This document shows positions 13,045-25,196 of a stretch of DNA of 64,000 nt, one piece after another. The notes beneath the pieces were generated by a model that did not search any database, was not told where the DNA came from, and was given only the letters and a program-made list of their open reading frames with translations. Position numbers and translations under genes: made by a program. Every line of letters begins with the position of its first letter. The first letter of the stretch is position 1. Source of the stretch: Adineta vaga (taxonomy: Eukaryota > Animalia > Rotifera); contig CP075492.1 of assembly GCA_021613535.1 (NCBI GenBank), forward strand, positions 14,942,001-15,006,000, written 5' to 3'.

Positions 13045-13357
13045 TTACAGTGAATCCATTAGAGAAATCATTTTTGTCAAAAATTGTCGCTTTTGCAGAA
13101 AAAAATAACTATTTTTTCATAGAATATTGACAAAGAAAGACACAAGAATAAAAATGTAAACGGGTAACATATTTTTCATTTTTTACTGAGAAAGAAGGAA
13201 ATAAAATATAACTATGCATTTTTCTTTCTTTTCAAATCCGCCGAGAAAATATTCTTTTTTATAAGCGACGCAAAGAGAAGAGGCATTGTCGCTTCCAGTT
13301 AAATGGAAGAAATATTGAAGGAAACCATAAAAAAACCCAAATGCATACGGTTGACTT

Positions 13358-13981
13358 ACGAGGGAACCTCCCGAGGTGATACCTCTCGTTCTCATTCATT
13401 CATATTTCATTCAGTCGGGTATATTGAGGTAGTAGGAACTCTCAACGGATTTCTGCCCAAACTCTTTTGCTGTTGAAATATCGTATTTCTAAGGTACTGT
13501 GCTAACTCACTGTCGTGGTCCCCCTCAGGGATATCAGAAAAACTCATGTTCGAATTTTGACTTGAAATTTTATACACAGAGAGATCTCGGCGAGAGTGGT
13601 TTGTTGTAAAAGTTTCAGCTTCCCTGATGTCTCTTATAGCAGATAGGAACAACAACTCTAGTATCTGCAAACAGCGTTAGGTGTCGCAGCCGTCTTTCCT
13701 TACAGGAATAATGACTAGAGCTGAAACTTTTACAACAAACCACTCTCACCGAGATCTCTCTGTGTATAAAGTTTCAAGTCAAAATTCGAACATGAGTTTT
13801 TCTGATATCCCTGAGGGGGACCACGACAGTGAGTTAGCACAGTACCTTAGAAATACGATATTTCAACAGCAAAAGAGTTTGGGCAGAAATCCGTTGAGAG
13901 TTCCTACTACCTCAATATACCCGACTGAATGAAATATGAATGAATGAAAACGGGAGGTATAACCTCGGGAGGTCCCCGCGT
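13358..13981. repeat. Long inverted repeat: 263-bp arms (13358-13620 and 13719-13981) with 98-bp spacer
   Basis: Arms align without gaps (paired coordinates sum to 27339); 7 mismatches counted; explains mirror ORFs 13407-13670(-) and 13681-13932(+). Confidence 0.97.
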
Positions 13982-14059
13982 TGGTATTTTTTTTTCTCAT
14001 TGTTTCAAGTTTTTAGATTACAACGTTCAGCTTCATTCTATACTATAGTTGGTAAAAGT

Positions 14060-15224
14060 ATGTCATTGCTCTTTAATCGGTTGGCTAGAGTACCTCTAGA
14101 AACTCTAATGAAGAGTTTGGTTAATTCTTACAAGATCAGTATTGATTGTAAAAACCGATCCACTAAGAAAGAAGAAACGATGAACTACTACGGAGAAGCC
14201 GCTAACGATGCTATTGATCAAGTTTGGAAAAAAGAACAGGATTTTATCATGTTGATGGACGCATTCAAACTCATACTATCTACTATACACACGCCGTCTT
14301 CTATCGAAATCAATGAGATAAATATGAAAAGAGCAATATATCAGAATGCTTTTGAATGTGCAGCCAAAAGTATTCTCATTAATTATCAACAACTGTCGAA
14401 ACGTTTTTTTCTCAGCGATTTATATTCCATGATTGTAAATGAAATAAATACACAACTATTAATTCAACAAAGTGAGCCAATTCATCGTTTTCATCAAGAC
14501 GCATTATTCAAAGAACTAAAATCCAAAATATATAACAGGCGTAAAGACTCACCAGAAGAAATACGTTCGAATCAATCAGTTTTTCGACGAAAACAAATGA
14601 ACGATAACAAAGTCCAGATATTATATGATATATATGATAAAATAGCAAAAGACTTAGACATGCCAATCTCTCATCTTTTCCAGTATATGTCGGATAAAAA
14701 GCAAAGAAATAAAGAAGTACCTATTGCTCAAGAATTGATCGATCGTTACCGAAACGAAAATAGATCAAAATCAACAGAAGATCTTCAACTATCTGATTTT
14801 TCGCGTACACACTTACCAGTATTTACTGATGAAGAAATTAAAGAAACACAGAAAGTTTTTTACCGGTATATTCAATTTTCCAAACTGTCTTGGAAAGAGA
14901 AGTAAATAACCCAATTATATGATTTTCCATATTCATAAATGAACTCGCATAATCTTCTAGGATGAAACCTACTGGACATTTATGGATAAAACGGCAAAAC
15001 ACATCGAATAAGCCTAACGCATCGAAAATGGACACTCATGTAAGCGTCTTTTATATAACAAATTTAGCGTTAAGATATATTAATATTTACGTATTTTTAC
15101 TTTTAAGGAAATAGGAGTTTTTATGCAGCGATGTCAGATGAACAATGACTTATATGAAATTCGGCTTTATGATAAAGATCATTCTATAGGAAGCTACACA
15201 TTGGATCAGATTGAACGATTTTAG
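14060..15224 (+). CDS. Orphan protein (~345 aa, 3 coding exons), helical body with short beta-rich C-terminus
   Basis: Exons 14060-14901, 14961-15039, 15108-15224 join in frame via GT-AG introns of 59 and 68 nt; AATAAA at ~15283. Confidence 0.75.
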
Positions 15225-15379
15225 TGAATTTAAAAATTTAATACGAAGAGAAAGCATAAATTGAGTTTATAGATTTGTTTTCCAATAAAAACATTGAATT
15301 ATTCGAAAATTTTCTTTTCTTTTTTAGTTTACAAGTGAATCTCTTTGGAAATAATTAGGTTATTTTTAAAGTGGCTAAG

Positions 15380-15480
15380 TTGAGGATGTGCATGTGACAT
15401 ATGAGATGTAGGTATGAATGTAAGTGAGATTCAGAATGAAGAAGAAGCATTATTACACGAACCTAAACCCACCTCCTCAA
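15380..15480. repeat. Degenerate member of the telomere-like foldback family
   Basis: TTGAGGATGTG...CACCTCCTCAA termini with GTG-hexamer-like interior. Confidence 0.5.
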
Positions 15481-15594
15481 TCTATAAAGTAGTGAGCAAT
15501 AACAAGTACGATCTTACATTTACAGACAGAAAATAAAGCAACATTCCGATGTGAATTATATTTTAGTATAGTAATTTTAATTTTTAGATCGAAT

Positions 15595-18206
15595 ATGACG
15601 ACTAATTTGTTTAAACCAAATAAACCTCGATCAGGAGACGTTTTATTTTCCAATCAAAATGGAACAACCAATACAACTTCATTTACACCATTAAATCTTG
15701 CAGGAGTAACACGACCACCATCACCAATTCCATCTCAGACATATACTGTCAACGATCTATTCACATTTTCCGGTACAACAAATACAAATTTGTTTGCATC
15801 AACAACCATACCATCATTTGCATTACAAGCACCGTACGAACGAGGAACAAAATCAGCCAATACTGCAGCCAATCAAATTGTTGATGACAAGAAAGAAGTT
15901 GTTCACATGATTGCAAATTACGCCATCGAACCTTTAGAGATGTTACATCTTGGTATGTAAAGAACGATTTTCTCTATTCATTACCTGTTCCTTTCCTTAA
16001 AATTATAGTTGATCGTTGGATTCAACAACTTCTCGGTGAATTTTATCAACAACGTGATTCCTTGAAACATCGTTTAAGTGATAAATGGCAAAAAGAAGAA
16101 TTATCTAATATTCAGTACGATAATAATAATCATGTACGAGACATTTATGCTGCGTATAAACAATTACAGACAGCACTTGATACAACATTATCACGCGAAG
16201 CATTTGAAGACTTAAATAATTTCTTACGAAATGTTGATCAAATCACAACAGATGAAATGAAAGAAAAATTCAATTCAATTGCTTCGGAATATTCGAAAAT
16301 CTTACGTTGTTTAGAATATGTTGATCGAAAAATCAAAAGTGGTGTTATTCGAAGTGATAATTATATCAATGAAATTGAAAACAATCTTTCGAAATTAAAA
16401 CAATTGAATAACAAACCATCACATACAATTTGTATTCTCGGCTTAGAAAAAGCGGGTAAATCAACATTTATCAATGCACTTCTTGGTTATGAACTCTTAC
16501 CTGCTGCAAGTGAACGATGTACACAAGTACGAACCGTACTTAAACCACCAATTCAAGATGATGATCAACAATTATATGCAACAGTGAAATTCTATGATGA
16601 ACAAGAATTTCGTGTATTTCATGATAAAATGCCGAAAAAAACCGATGAAACTGAAGACCAATTACAAGCTCGTAAAACTCAGGTATCTGAATTACATGAC
16701 AGATTACGAACGAAATTTCCTGAAGAACAATTTCGTATTAATAATTTGAATGATATTACTCGAGAAAGAACAACTATTCATCAAAAATTACATGAATATA
16801 TCACCGGAGAATTATATGTGAATATTATCAAAGAAATTGCCATTTATACCGATCGACTTCCAGGTAATGTATAGATCATGAATTGATAGAAATTCTAAAG
16901 TTTTATTCTCTTTCTAGGAAGAAACTATGAACTTCTTGATGTACCTGGTTTTGATTCTCCGATCAAAGAACATCGTGATGCAGGTTTAGAAGCAGTTAAA
17001 AATGCAGATGCATTTCTTTTTCTCACCAGTGGTCAAAATCCAAGTCTCACTCAACCACAAATTCAACTTTTAAATGAAATTCGTCAAAATCATTTCGAAG
17101 CAATGCAACGTGCTTTTGGTATTATCACGAAATTAGATCTTTGTCAAACTTCAGATAATTTTAAAGAACATTATCGAAATTCTTATAATGAATTAATTGA
17201 TAAAGGCTTTCAACCCGAACATATCTTTGTTACTTGTTCACGTTTACAATTGTTAGATCGAAATTGTGAAGAATATCGTATTATTGATTCGAAAATAAGA
17301 AACTTCGGCGACGGTTTAAATGATGGATTTGAAAGAAGTAAAGAAGCTTTAAATCGTTTTATTGAATTTGAATTACCTAAGACACATTTGAAACAATTAA
17401 TTGACATCGGACGAATGCGATTAGTTCGACCAGTTAGTGAACGTATTGATCAAATACATGAAAAACAACTTTTACCACAAAATCTTGCTGATATGTCAAT
17501 TGATGATTATATCAAACAACAAAAAATTGAAAGTTGGGATCGTGTTTACGATGAAAAAATCTTCAAACCTGCTTTTGCTCAAGCAAATGCATGGCACGGA
17601 AAGATTATTACGAAAGAACGTGCATTATTTGCCGAAAAAGTCAAAGAACATTTTCATAATTCCTTTCTTGATCGTACACATGATTTTCTTAAATCAACCC
17701 ATCCTATTGAACAAATTATGTTAGAAACATATGGATATTCAAAACTACAATTAAATGTTCATCCAACTGATAATCAAGAACGAGAAAGATTAAGTTTTGA
17801 ATTAGAAAAAGTTGTTGATGAAACGTCGAATGTTCTTGCTGAATATTTGTATCATCATTATGTTTGTGGATTCGAAGATATTCTCAATGCAGTTTGTCCA
17901 CATTTGAAAGATCTTTATCGACCAAAATTAACCTTAGAAAAATGTTTAAATGAAACTCATGCATTAATTCTTCGTGTTGCTCGTCCAATTATAATGGCAA
18001 CTCTTCGATATTCACATTTAGATTTACCTGTTAAACATGATGCGATCAAAGAATTAATTTATATTGCACCAATAGTCGCATCAAATATAGCGCATAATCA
18101 AAAACAAGGACAGTCATCACTTGCAGAAGAAATTGAAAAAATTGCCAAAGAATTAAACAGACAGAACGATTTAACAACATCGATTATTCAAACACTCTTT
18201 AAATGA
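15595..18206 (+). CDS. Dynamin-like (Dynamin_N) large GTPase, 3 exons
   Basis: G1 GLEKAGKST, G2 'ERCT', G3 DVPG (exon from ~16918), G4 TKLD; short introns ~15952-16008 and ~16864-16917; helical C-terminus. Confidence 0.85.
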
Positions 18207-18333
18207 CCATCTTTTTTTCATTGAACTATACCTATTCCTGATATTATCTGATGAGAATGTGCGTAAAGTTGTGGAACGCGGGTGAGGGCGTGAGTGGATG
18301 CAGATCAGAGTATCGTTATTGTCTTTAACTACC

Positions 18334-18391
18334 CCCTCACCCACACCCACACCCACACCCACACCCACACCCACACCCACACCCTCAAGAT
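18334..18391. repeat. Interstitial telomere-like array CCCTCA(CCCACA)7CCCTCA ending in the foldback-family terminus CCCTCAAGAT
   Basis: Read directly; (TGTGGG)n and (TGAGGG)n are reported bdelloid telomeric repeats. Confidence 0.85.
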
Positions 18392-19770
18392 GAATTTAAC
18401 TGTTCGATTAAATGGTGTCTCCATAGCAGTAGAATCAGTACTGTTAGCATCGAGAAAGTCGGTATTATTAATGAACTTTGACATTCTTTAAAAAGTATGC
18501 TAGTCAGACATATCAGATTTATGATGAATCATAGAGAAATAAGGTTTTTTTCTAGTATGTTTTGTGCAAATGAAGTTCGTTAAAATAATCATCATAGGAT
18601 GTAGAAGTATAGATGTGAATAAAAGATCGACATGATATTCACATTTTATACATCATTAAAAATATATCTATCTGTGCGTTCTCATTTTATCAAGGTACCT
18701 GTGAAAATACCTTTATCAACAGTTTTCCTATCTGCAGTATATTTCGTATAAATACATGTTTGTTGACAACGAAACTGTTTTCTATTAACGGAACGTTGTG
18801 CATTGTGTATCAAAAAGAAAACAAGTTGAAAAGAGAGAGAAAAAGTTTTAAGGATCAACATCATGAAGTTTATACTTCTTTAAAAAATTTCCAGTATGAA
18901 ATCGTATAAAAACGAGATAGAAATCTTTTTATATTATAGCTACATTGTTATCTTCTATGATAAGATTCACTGATGTGTCCAAAGTTCTCTCGTCGATCAG
19001 AGGTTAGGAAATGCTCAATGAGTCTTTGTGACCTATGAAACAACGAGATTTAAAACCATGATATCTATTTCCAAAATTATTTTTTTACTGCTCTCTGTAA
19101 ATTTTATTTATCAGTTCGTATAGTATGACAATGTGCACGTAATGTGAACTTAGATTCAACGTACACAAGAGGAAACGATTTAATTTGGTGGGGAATAAGT
19201 TTGCATGAAGGTGACATTTCAATCAATGAAGATTTACTGGTACACATTTTCAAATTGAATCGCAAAATGCTAAATTAACAACACAATATTCGAGTACAAA
19301 GGATAAAATTTAAGAAATTATTCTGATGTCTGACTCATATTTTTGTGTCATCAGTCAAGTTACTGCCAAATTAGATCTTCATATTATTCATCTCAGTTAA
19401 AAAAACCTTTTCTCAATTATTAAGGTATGTGAGAATACGAAAGTACTATATAAATGTTCATAAAATCAAAACTCATATATTTTCTCATTTGATTTTCAAT
19501 AGATTCATTAGCACATGGTACTATTCGAGAAACAGGAAAACTAATGACGTATAATAGACTATTCGAGAAATTTTTAATAGACTAGTCAACCGTTTCAGTT
19601 TCAGAGTTAGAAGAAAGAAAAACAACATTGTATTTCAATTCTCTGCGCCATATGTAGTTGTAAAGAGAGCAAATGAAAAAGAAATTTCTGTTCTGTTATT
19701 ATTTTCTTTTATAATGATATGGCACTTTTTTTCTGTAGTAATAAATGATTTTGAAATAGAACGTGCGTAG

Positions 19771-20921
19771 ATGGTAGCTGCTGCCATGAATGTGAATCGA
19801 CGTCTAATAACAAATATTCGTGACGAACCAAGGCAAATGCTTTTACCTATAGATGGTTATGAACAAGAACCACTTGTATCTCTTGAACAAGCGTGTCAAC
19901 CATTAGAGCATTTATTTGACGTCAACGAATTGAAACAAAATATTATAATTGCAAAAATGAATTCAACACAAGCAGAAGATCAATTGAGTATAGATGAATC
20001 TGCTTCCATTTATTTGTATACATTGGAATGGAAAATACATCAAAATAGTCTCTATGCAATACTTAATCGAACATTACGTATGATTGATCGTAATAAATTA
20101 CGACCATGGTTTAAATATTTAAAACTATTTCTTACAGCATTCTTTAAACTTCCGTACTTGAAACCAATCGAAAATTATCCTTGCGAAATAACTTAATCTT
20201 TCTTATTTAGGGCAACAGAACTTCGAACTATCTATCGTGGTGTTCCAGAAGATTTAAATGATCTTTATAGAGAAGGAAAGAAAGTGGCTTGGTGGTCAAT
20301 AAGCTCTTGCACAACTTCATTGAAAGTACTAGAATCACCATACTATGTAGGAACATCAGGTGCTCGAACTATGTTTCATATTGAAACTAGCAGTGGTAAA
20401 ATAATTCGATCACATTCTTATTATGAACAAGAAGATGAAATTCTTCTTCCACCTGGTATCCATCTTGAAGTAATCGGTAACTTAAATCCAGCTCCAGGTT
20501 TACATATGATACAACTTCGTGAAATTCAACCACCCTATAAAATGCTTGCTAATCCATTCAATCTTAATCAGAAGAAGAAAGACAGTAATATTCCATCTAT
20601 CCAAACATCAATTAAAAAAAGTAAGTTTTTCTTTTTTTTGTTTTTAACAAGCGAGAAAATTTATACTTGGAAGAACCACAAACAATGATACCATCCAATA
20701 CCTCATCTTATTCTAATCAGAAACTGGATTGTCATGGACGTGCTTGTGCTAAATGTGGTTTTTGTCGTGATTGGTATTGGCGGTCTCCTGGTTCAGGAAG
20801 CAAGGTTTATAAACGACGCACACAGGCGAAATGTGTTATCAATAGTTATAGTTGTGGTATTGGTTATTATTATTATCATCATAATTATCGTTTATGTGAA
20901 TGTGACGATAACATTTTCTAA
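19771..20921 (+). CDS. NAD(+)-arginine ADP-ribosyltransferase (ART, R-S-E type) with Cys-rich C-terminal tail, 3 exons
   Basis: 'SIYLYT', 'YRG' (after intron ~20155-20210), 'WWSISSCTTS', 'EQEDEILL'; tail CxxC-rich (CAKCGFCRDW...CECD). Confidence 0.85.
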
Positions 20922-20999
20922 TGCAAATATCCTTCGATATGGGAAATATCGCTAAGAAATAAACCTAAAAATCAAAATTTATCTTGTCATAATGATTAG

Positions 21000-21826
21000 C
21001 ATATGAGTAGTTCCTTATTGCTTCGAAATGTAATAACACACTCTTGTATTCCAGCTATTCTGATAGTAGTTAGCAAGAGAATCATATATTAATAAAATAC
21101 CAATCCTGATAGTCAACACCGTGTTCAATTGTATAAAATAAACAATTCATTCTCTGGTGGGTATTTTCAGTCATAGATTTTCGATAGAGTTTCTTGGATG
21201 CATTGTTTTCCATTCTGAGTTGCAATTTTAAATGATATAATTTTGGAAAATAGATTTTGACTTGTAAATCATCAACGAGTTTTTTTAAAGTATTTGAAAC
21301 ATGGTAATGTCAGCGAGATCAATTAGGGGAAAACTTTCAACAAATCCTTAATAAATTCTGTATGATAATGCTCAAGTGCCAAATGCTTTGATATAACAAA
21401 CTCGAAGAGTGTAATTTTCTTTCTTTCATCAGAATTTATACAAAATATGTTTAACATACTGATTAATTGTTTTGTATCCACACTATGAACAGAGATTGTG
21501 GTAAGTAAAGGTGCATGAGTAATGAATTCTAATACATATTGATGAAGAGCATATAAGTATTAATAATCCGTATCATTAAACGGAGACTGTGAGGTACTAC
21601 AGAAATTGTAGCGTTCATCTTCGAACAATTGAATATTTGTGAACTTAGGATCAGGTTCATATCGTGTGTTAACATGACTTGTTGTAAACCTGAAAGATGC
21701 TCGCCATTGCTTGCTCGGATGCATAAGCTTTTTTACTGAGAATAGTTTTGATGTTCGGAATAGAAATCATGGAGTTGTGTTAATATGTCCATATATTGTA
21801 AAGCATAACGAGCAATTGTTTTCATA
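21000..21826 (-). pseudogene. Decayed ORF remnant, possibly an F-box/LRR-type lineage family
   Basis: Protein-like stretches broken by stops (e.g. FIKDLLKVFP*LISLTL); family assignment weak. Confidence 0.25.
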
Positions 21827-22749
21827 ATCTCATTATTACCAATGAAGTGAGTGAGAAAGTGGTTAGATTTGGTAGAGATGATACATCAAAATGACTATGT
21901 ATAGCCAATATTCATGAAAATCGCATTATTCATACGATATGTACATCAGTAGTAGAACGGAAAAAAAATCACTGAATCGAAATTATAATAATTCCAACTA
22001 TTACTAATGTATGTTATTTATGCGAAGTCCTCTTGTCAAACAATTTTCTATTGAATCTTTTGTTGTATTATATTTCATAGATCTTGATGAAAGTTTCAGC
22101 GAAATTCACGTTAATTGATTTATTATATGTTGGTATTTATTTTTATTCGCAAACATCTGTTATACTCCGATGCACCATACGGTTCTTGTGATAAAAAACG
22201 TCTTTTGTAATTCGATAACGAGACATGAGTATGTACAATTGACGGTATTTCAATATTTAGAGGCACTAGAACTATAAAGGTATGAATTTATTGAACAGCA
22301 GTGAGAGAAATTATATTGCTTTAATAATAACAAAAGGTCTCACAACTACATCTTCTATATACCATGGTACTCGATGTACAAAGCATACAATTTTTTTATT
22401 CTTCTCGTTTGCTGAGTGTCAATTCAGTTATTCATACGAGAGGAATACATTCTACTTGTATACAATTGGCTGTATGATTAAGACGAGTGTCTGTATTGCT
22501 TGGTTCGAAACGATAAATTATTTTTCATCGAGAACAGATTTGTTTACATATATGTAAAACTATTTCGATTGAGAAGCATAACATTAACAATAAAATACTC
22601 GAAAATTCGTCGAGTCTTCGCCATAGAGATATATTCTCCATTTAATCGAAGTGGATCTGCTTATCTATTTATATTCTTCTTTATGTGGATGTTTGTCTTT
22701 TCTGGTGAGCAGTTTTATTCCTTTCTGACATTAACAAAACGAACAAAAA

Positions 22750-24609
22750 TTATAGTTTTCTTTTTGTACGTTCTAGATTTTTCCTGATGAGCTGTAGGGT
22801 AGGATGATCTTGTGGTAATGCCTGTTGCCCAATTTGCACAGCAATATCGTAAAATGAAAATGCTTTTGGATAGTCACCCATACTGTAATACACATTACCA
22901 ATGTTGTTGTAGAACATGGCCAAATCGGGGTGATTGTGAGGAAGGGATTTTTTTCGAATTTCAAGGGCTTTTTCATGAGATGAAAGTGCTTTTGGATAAT
23001 CACCCAAATTTTTATACACGAGACCGATGTTGTTGTAGGATGAAGCCAAATCGGGGTGATTGTGTGGAAGTGATTTTTGTTGAATTTCAAGGACTTTTTC
23101 ACAGAATGTTACTGCTTCTTTATATCTACCTTGACTGCATCTGATGGAAACGAGGATGTCATAAATTGAAACCCTCTCATTGGTACTTGTTAATTGATTG
23201 AATAGTATTTCACAAATTTCCTCAGCTGTCCGAGTTTGATTCAGTTTCTCCAAAACTATACTCAATTTATACCATCCTACAGAATTTGGCGAAGTCTCTT
23301 CTCTTATATAATCAGTAAGTATACTTAGTTCTTTGTCATTATCGCTCGTAAGTATCAAATTCACTTCCAGAAGTCTATCATTCTCACCTAGTTGCTTGAT
23401 ATCATGAATGCGAAATACACTGTGCATAGAGAACAACACTTCATCTTCATCTTCAAAGAAACTATCATTACCAATAAAGGCAAAAGGTGATGAGGATGCA
23501 CCGGAATGGACCTTCATAACGAAGAGAATACCTACTAAGTCAGGATTAGTGGCATTACTTTGATCACGAAAGAGGGATAAGTCCTGTTTTTCACTCGTCG
23601 ATAAAAAGCTATCGAATGACATCAGTCCACCTTTTGACTTCATCATTTCATCGAAATCCGCCTTTGACAAACCTTGACCACGATAAAGTGTGAGCATGCG
23701 ATCAGAAGAATGATTACCAAATTGTTGTTTATGTAGCTGTTCAATATGTCGATGGAGATCATTGATGAAAAAGCCTATTCGTACGATGATATCTCCATCC
23801 ATCATTCTTAAAGCACAATTGAGCTTTGAATACAAAACACTTTCTCTTGTGTACCACCATACTGGTGTATTTTGGTGATATTTGCGAACCAATTGATCGA
23901 TGTTATCCAGTTCTTTATCATTGTTAGCAAATGCATAAGGACAATAATCGATAAATTCTTTGATGTGTTGATCTTCAAAATCAATAGTCAATAAGATTTC
24001 TTTGATAATTTGCGTGTACATGAAAGATGGATCTAGTTGATCCAACCGTTTTCCCGATGCCATGAAGCTCATTGGTATAACGTTCTTTTCAGTTAGATCT
24101 GTTGCTTGTTTGATTGCTTGACAGAGTGATGATACATCTGCGAAGATACCTCTTATCTTTGGCCATGCTTTCATCCATCCTTCATAAAACTGGTTCTTGT
24201 GACGAAAGATGAGAATCGAATTCAATTGAAAAATATCATGAATACAAGGTACGAGACTCTGGGCAACAGATTCAGAAATAATCATAAACACTTTTTTGTC
24301 GTTGACGTCGAGGATAAATTCGATGCATTCGTCATTATCTGTGAATACGTTGATGTGATTAACAACACTTCGAAATTGTTGAATTTCATTTCGACGATGA
24401 TCATTGTTGCTATCAAAATGTTTGTCTAACCACACTGCAACGACAGTTTGCATCTTCTGAATATCGAGGCGTCGGCATCCATCTGAAAGTTTTGAACTTT
24501 CTGTCGCTTCTTCAGTACTTTTAACACTGCTGAGGTTTCCAGTAATCATAACTTTTGCTTGATCAACATGTCGATACGACAGTTCGCAATTGTTTCTTTT
24601 TAGAAGCAC
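22750..24609 (-). CDS. ART-domain + TPR-repeat protein
   Basis: 'WWYT', 'LYRGQ', 'FLSTS', 'EDEDEVLF', then 42-aa TPR repeats (HPDLASSYNNIGLVY...); N-terminal receiver-like alpha/beta segment; start codon uncertain. Confidence 0.92.
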   Translation of the reverse strand: MLLKRNNCELSYRHVDQAKVMITGNLSSVKSTEEATESSKLSDGCRRLDIQKMQTVVAVWLDKHFDSNNDHRRNEIQQFRSVVNHINVFTDNDECIEFILDVNDKKVFMIISESVAQSLVPCIHDIFQLNSILIFRHKNQFYEGWMKAWPKIRGIFADVSSLCQAIKQATDLTEKNVIPMSFMASGKRLDQLDPSFMYTQIIKEILLTIDFEDQHIKEFIDYCPYAFANNDKELDNIDQLVRKYHQNTPVWWYTRESVLYSKLNCALRMMDGDIIVRIGFFINDLHRHIEQLHKQQFGNHSSDRMLTLYRGQGLSKADFDEMMKSKGGLMSFDSFLSTSEKQDLSLFRDQSNATNPDLVGILFVMKVHSGASSSPFAFIGNDSFFEDEDEVLFSMHSVFRIHDIKQLGENDRLLEVNLILTSDNDKELSILTDYIREETSPNSVGWYKLSIVLEKLNQTRTAEEICEILFNQLTSTNERVSIYDILVSIRCSQGRYKEAVTFCEKVLEIQQKSLPHNHPDLASSYNNIGLVYKNLGDYPKALSSHEKALEIRKKSLPHNHPDLAMFYNNIGNVYYSMGDYPKAFSFYDIAVQIGQQALPQDHPTLQLIRKNLERTKRKL

Positions 24610-25147
24610 TCAGAATAGAATTAGTAAATGCGACACCTTTGAGAGGTCTCTTTCTTCTCTTTTTGAATGAATTTTATTCTTCTTTTAATACTCAACGTGT
24701 TGTTTGAAAAGTAAGCAAGAATAAGACAGACGTTGACTATTTGCAGTGAAAGAATATAAAGAACCTAAACAGATTCATTTCTCGATCGGTAGTCGTCAAG
24801 ATAGTCTGTGAAAAAAGGCACGTCTTTTTTTTATTCTTCCTCATGATGTTGTTTGAGAATTGAAAGTTGGAAAAATGCCGTTTGCGTGAATAAGAAGTTT
24901 AGTATTTTACAGTACGTACAGATGATGAATATCGTATATAATAGCCACTTCAATCTTGTTTTCACCTTTTTCATATACTATTTTTCTTACGAAACAACCG
25001 CATATGAATTTGATACGTATTTTGGATAACATCGATTAGATCAATCATATAGAATAATATGATATAAGTAGAATTTATCAGTTAGACAGATATGTCATTG
25101 TTTGAATATGCCTCAATGCGAAATCCAGACTTTGATCGGAAGTCACT

Positions 25148-25196
25148 ATCTTGAGGGTATAGGTGAGTTAAAAGAATACGTACACCTTTACTCAAG
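25148..25196. repeat. Degenerate telomere-like foldback element
   Basis: ATCTTGAGGGTATAGGTG...CACCTTTACTCAAG. Confidence 0.5.

Noticed and set aside
13515-13530. Telomerase RNA template (CCCTCA) inside the arm
   Set aside because: Only one hexamer, without the ~1.5-repeat template; expected by chance
13407-13932. Mirror ORFs 13407-13670(-) and 13681-13932(+) as protein genes
   Set aside because: They are a by-product of the inverted repeat and the listed starts are non-ATG; kept only as a possible uORF
13358-13981. Hammerhead ribozyme / Penelope-Athena pLTR interpretation of the palindrome
   Set aside because: No CUGAnGA...GAAA core with proper stems found by eye, and no reverse transcriptase in the window; not formally excluded without a covariance search
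18171-18491. ORFs encoding GVGVGV / HTHTHT
   Set aside because: Translations of the hexamer repeat
22773-23144. Overlapping alternative-frame and antisense ORFs with repeats; CRISPR-like periodicity
   Set aside because: Shadows of the 126-bp TPR coding repeats; no unique spacers
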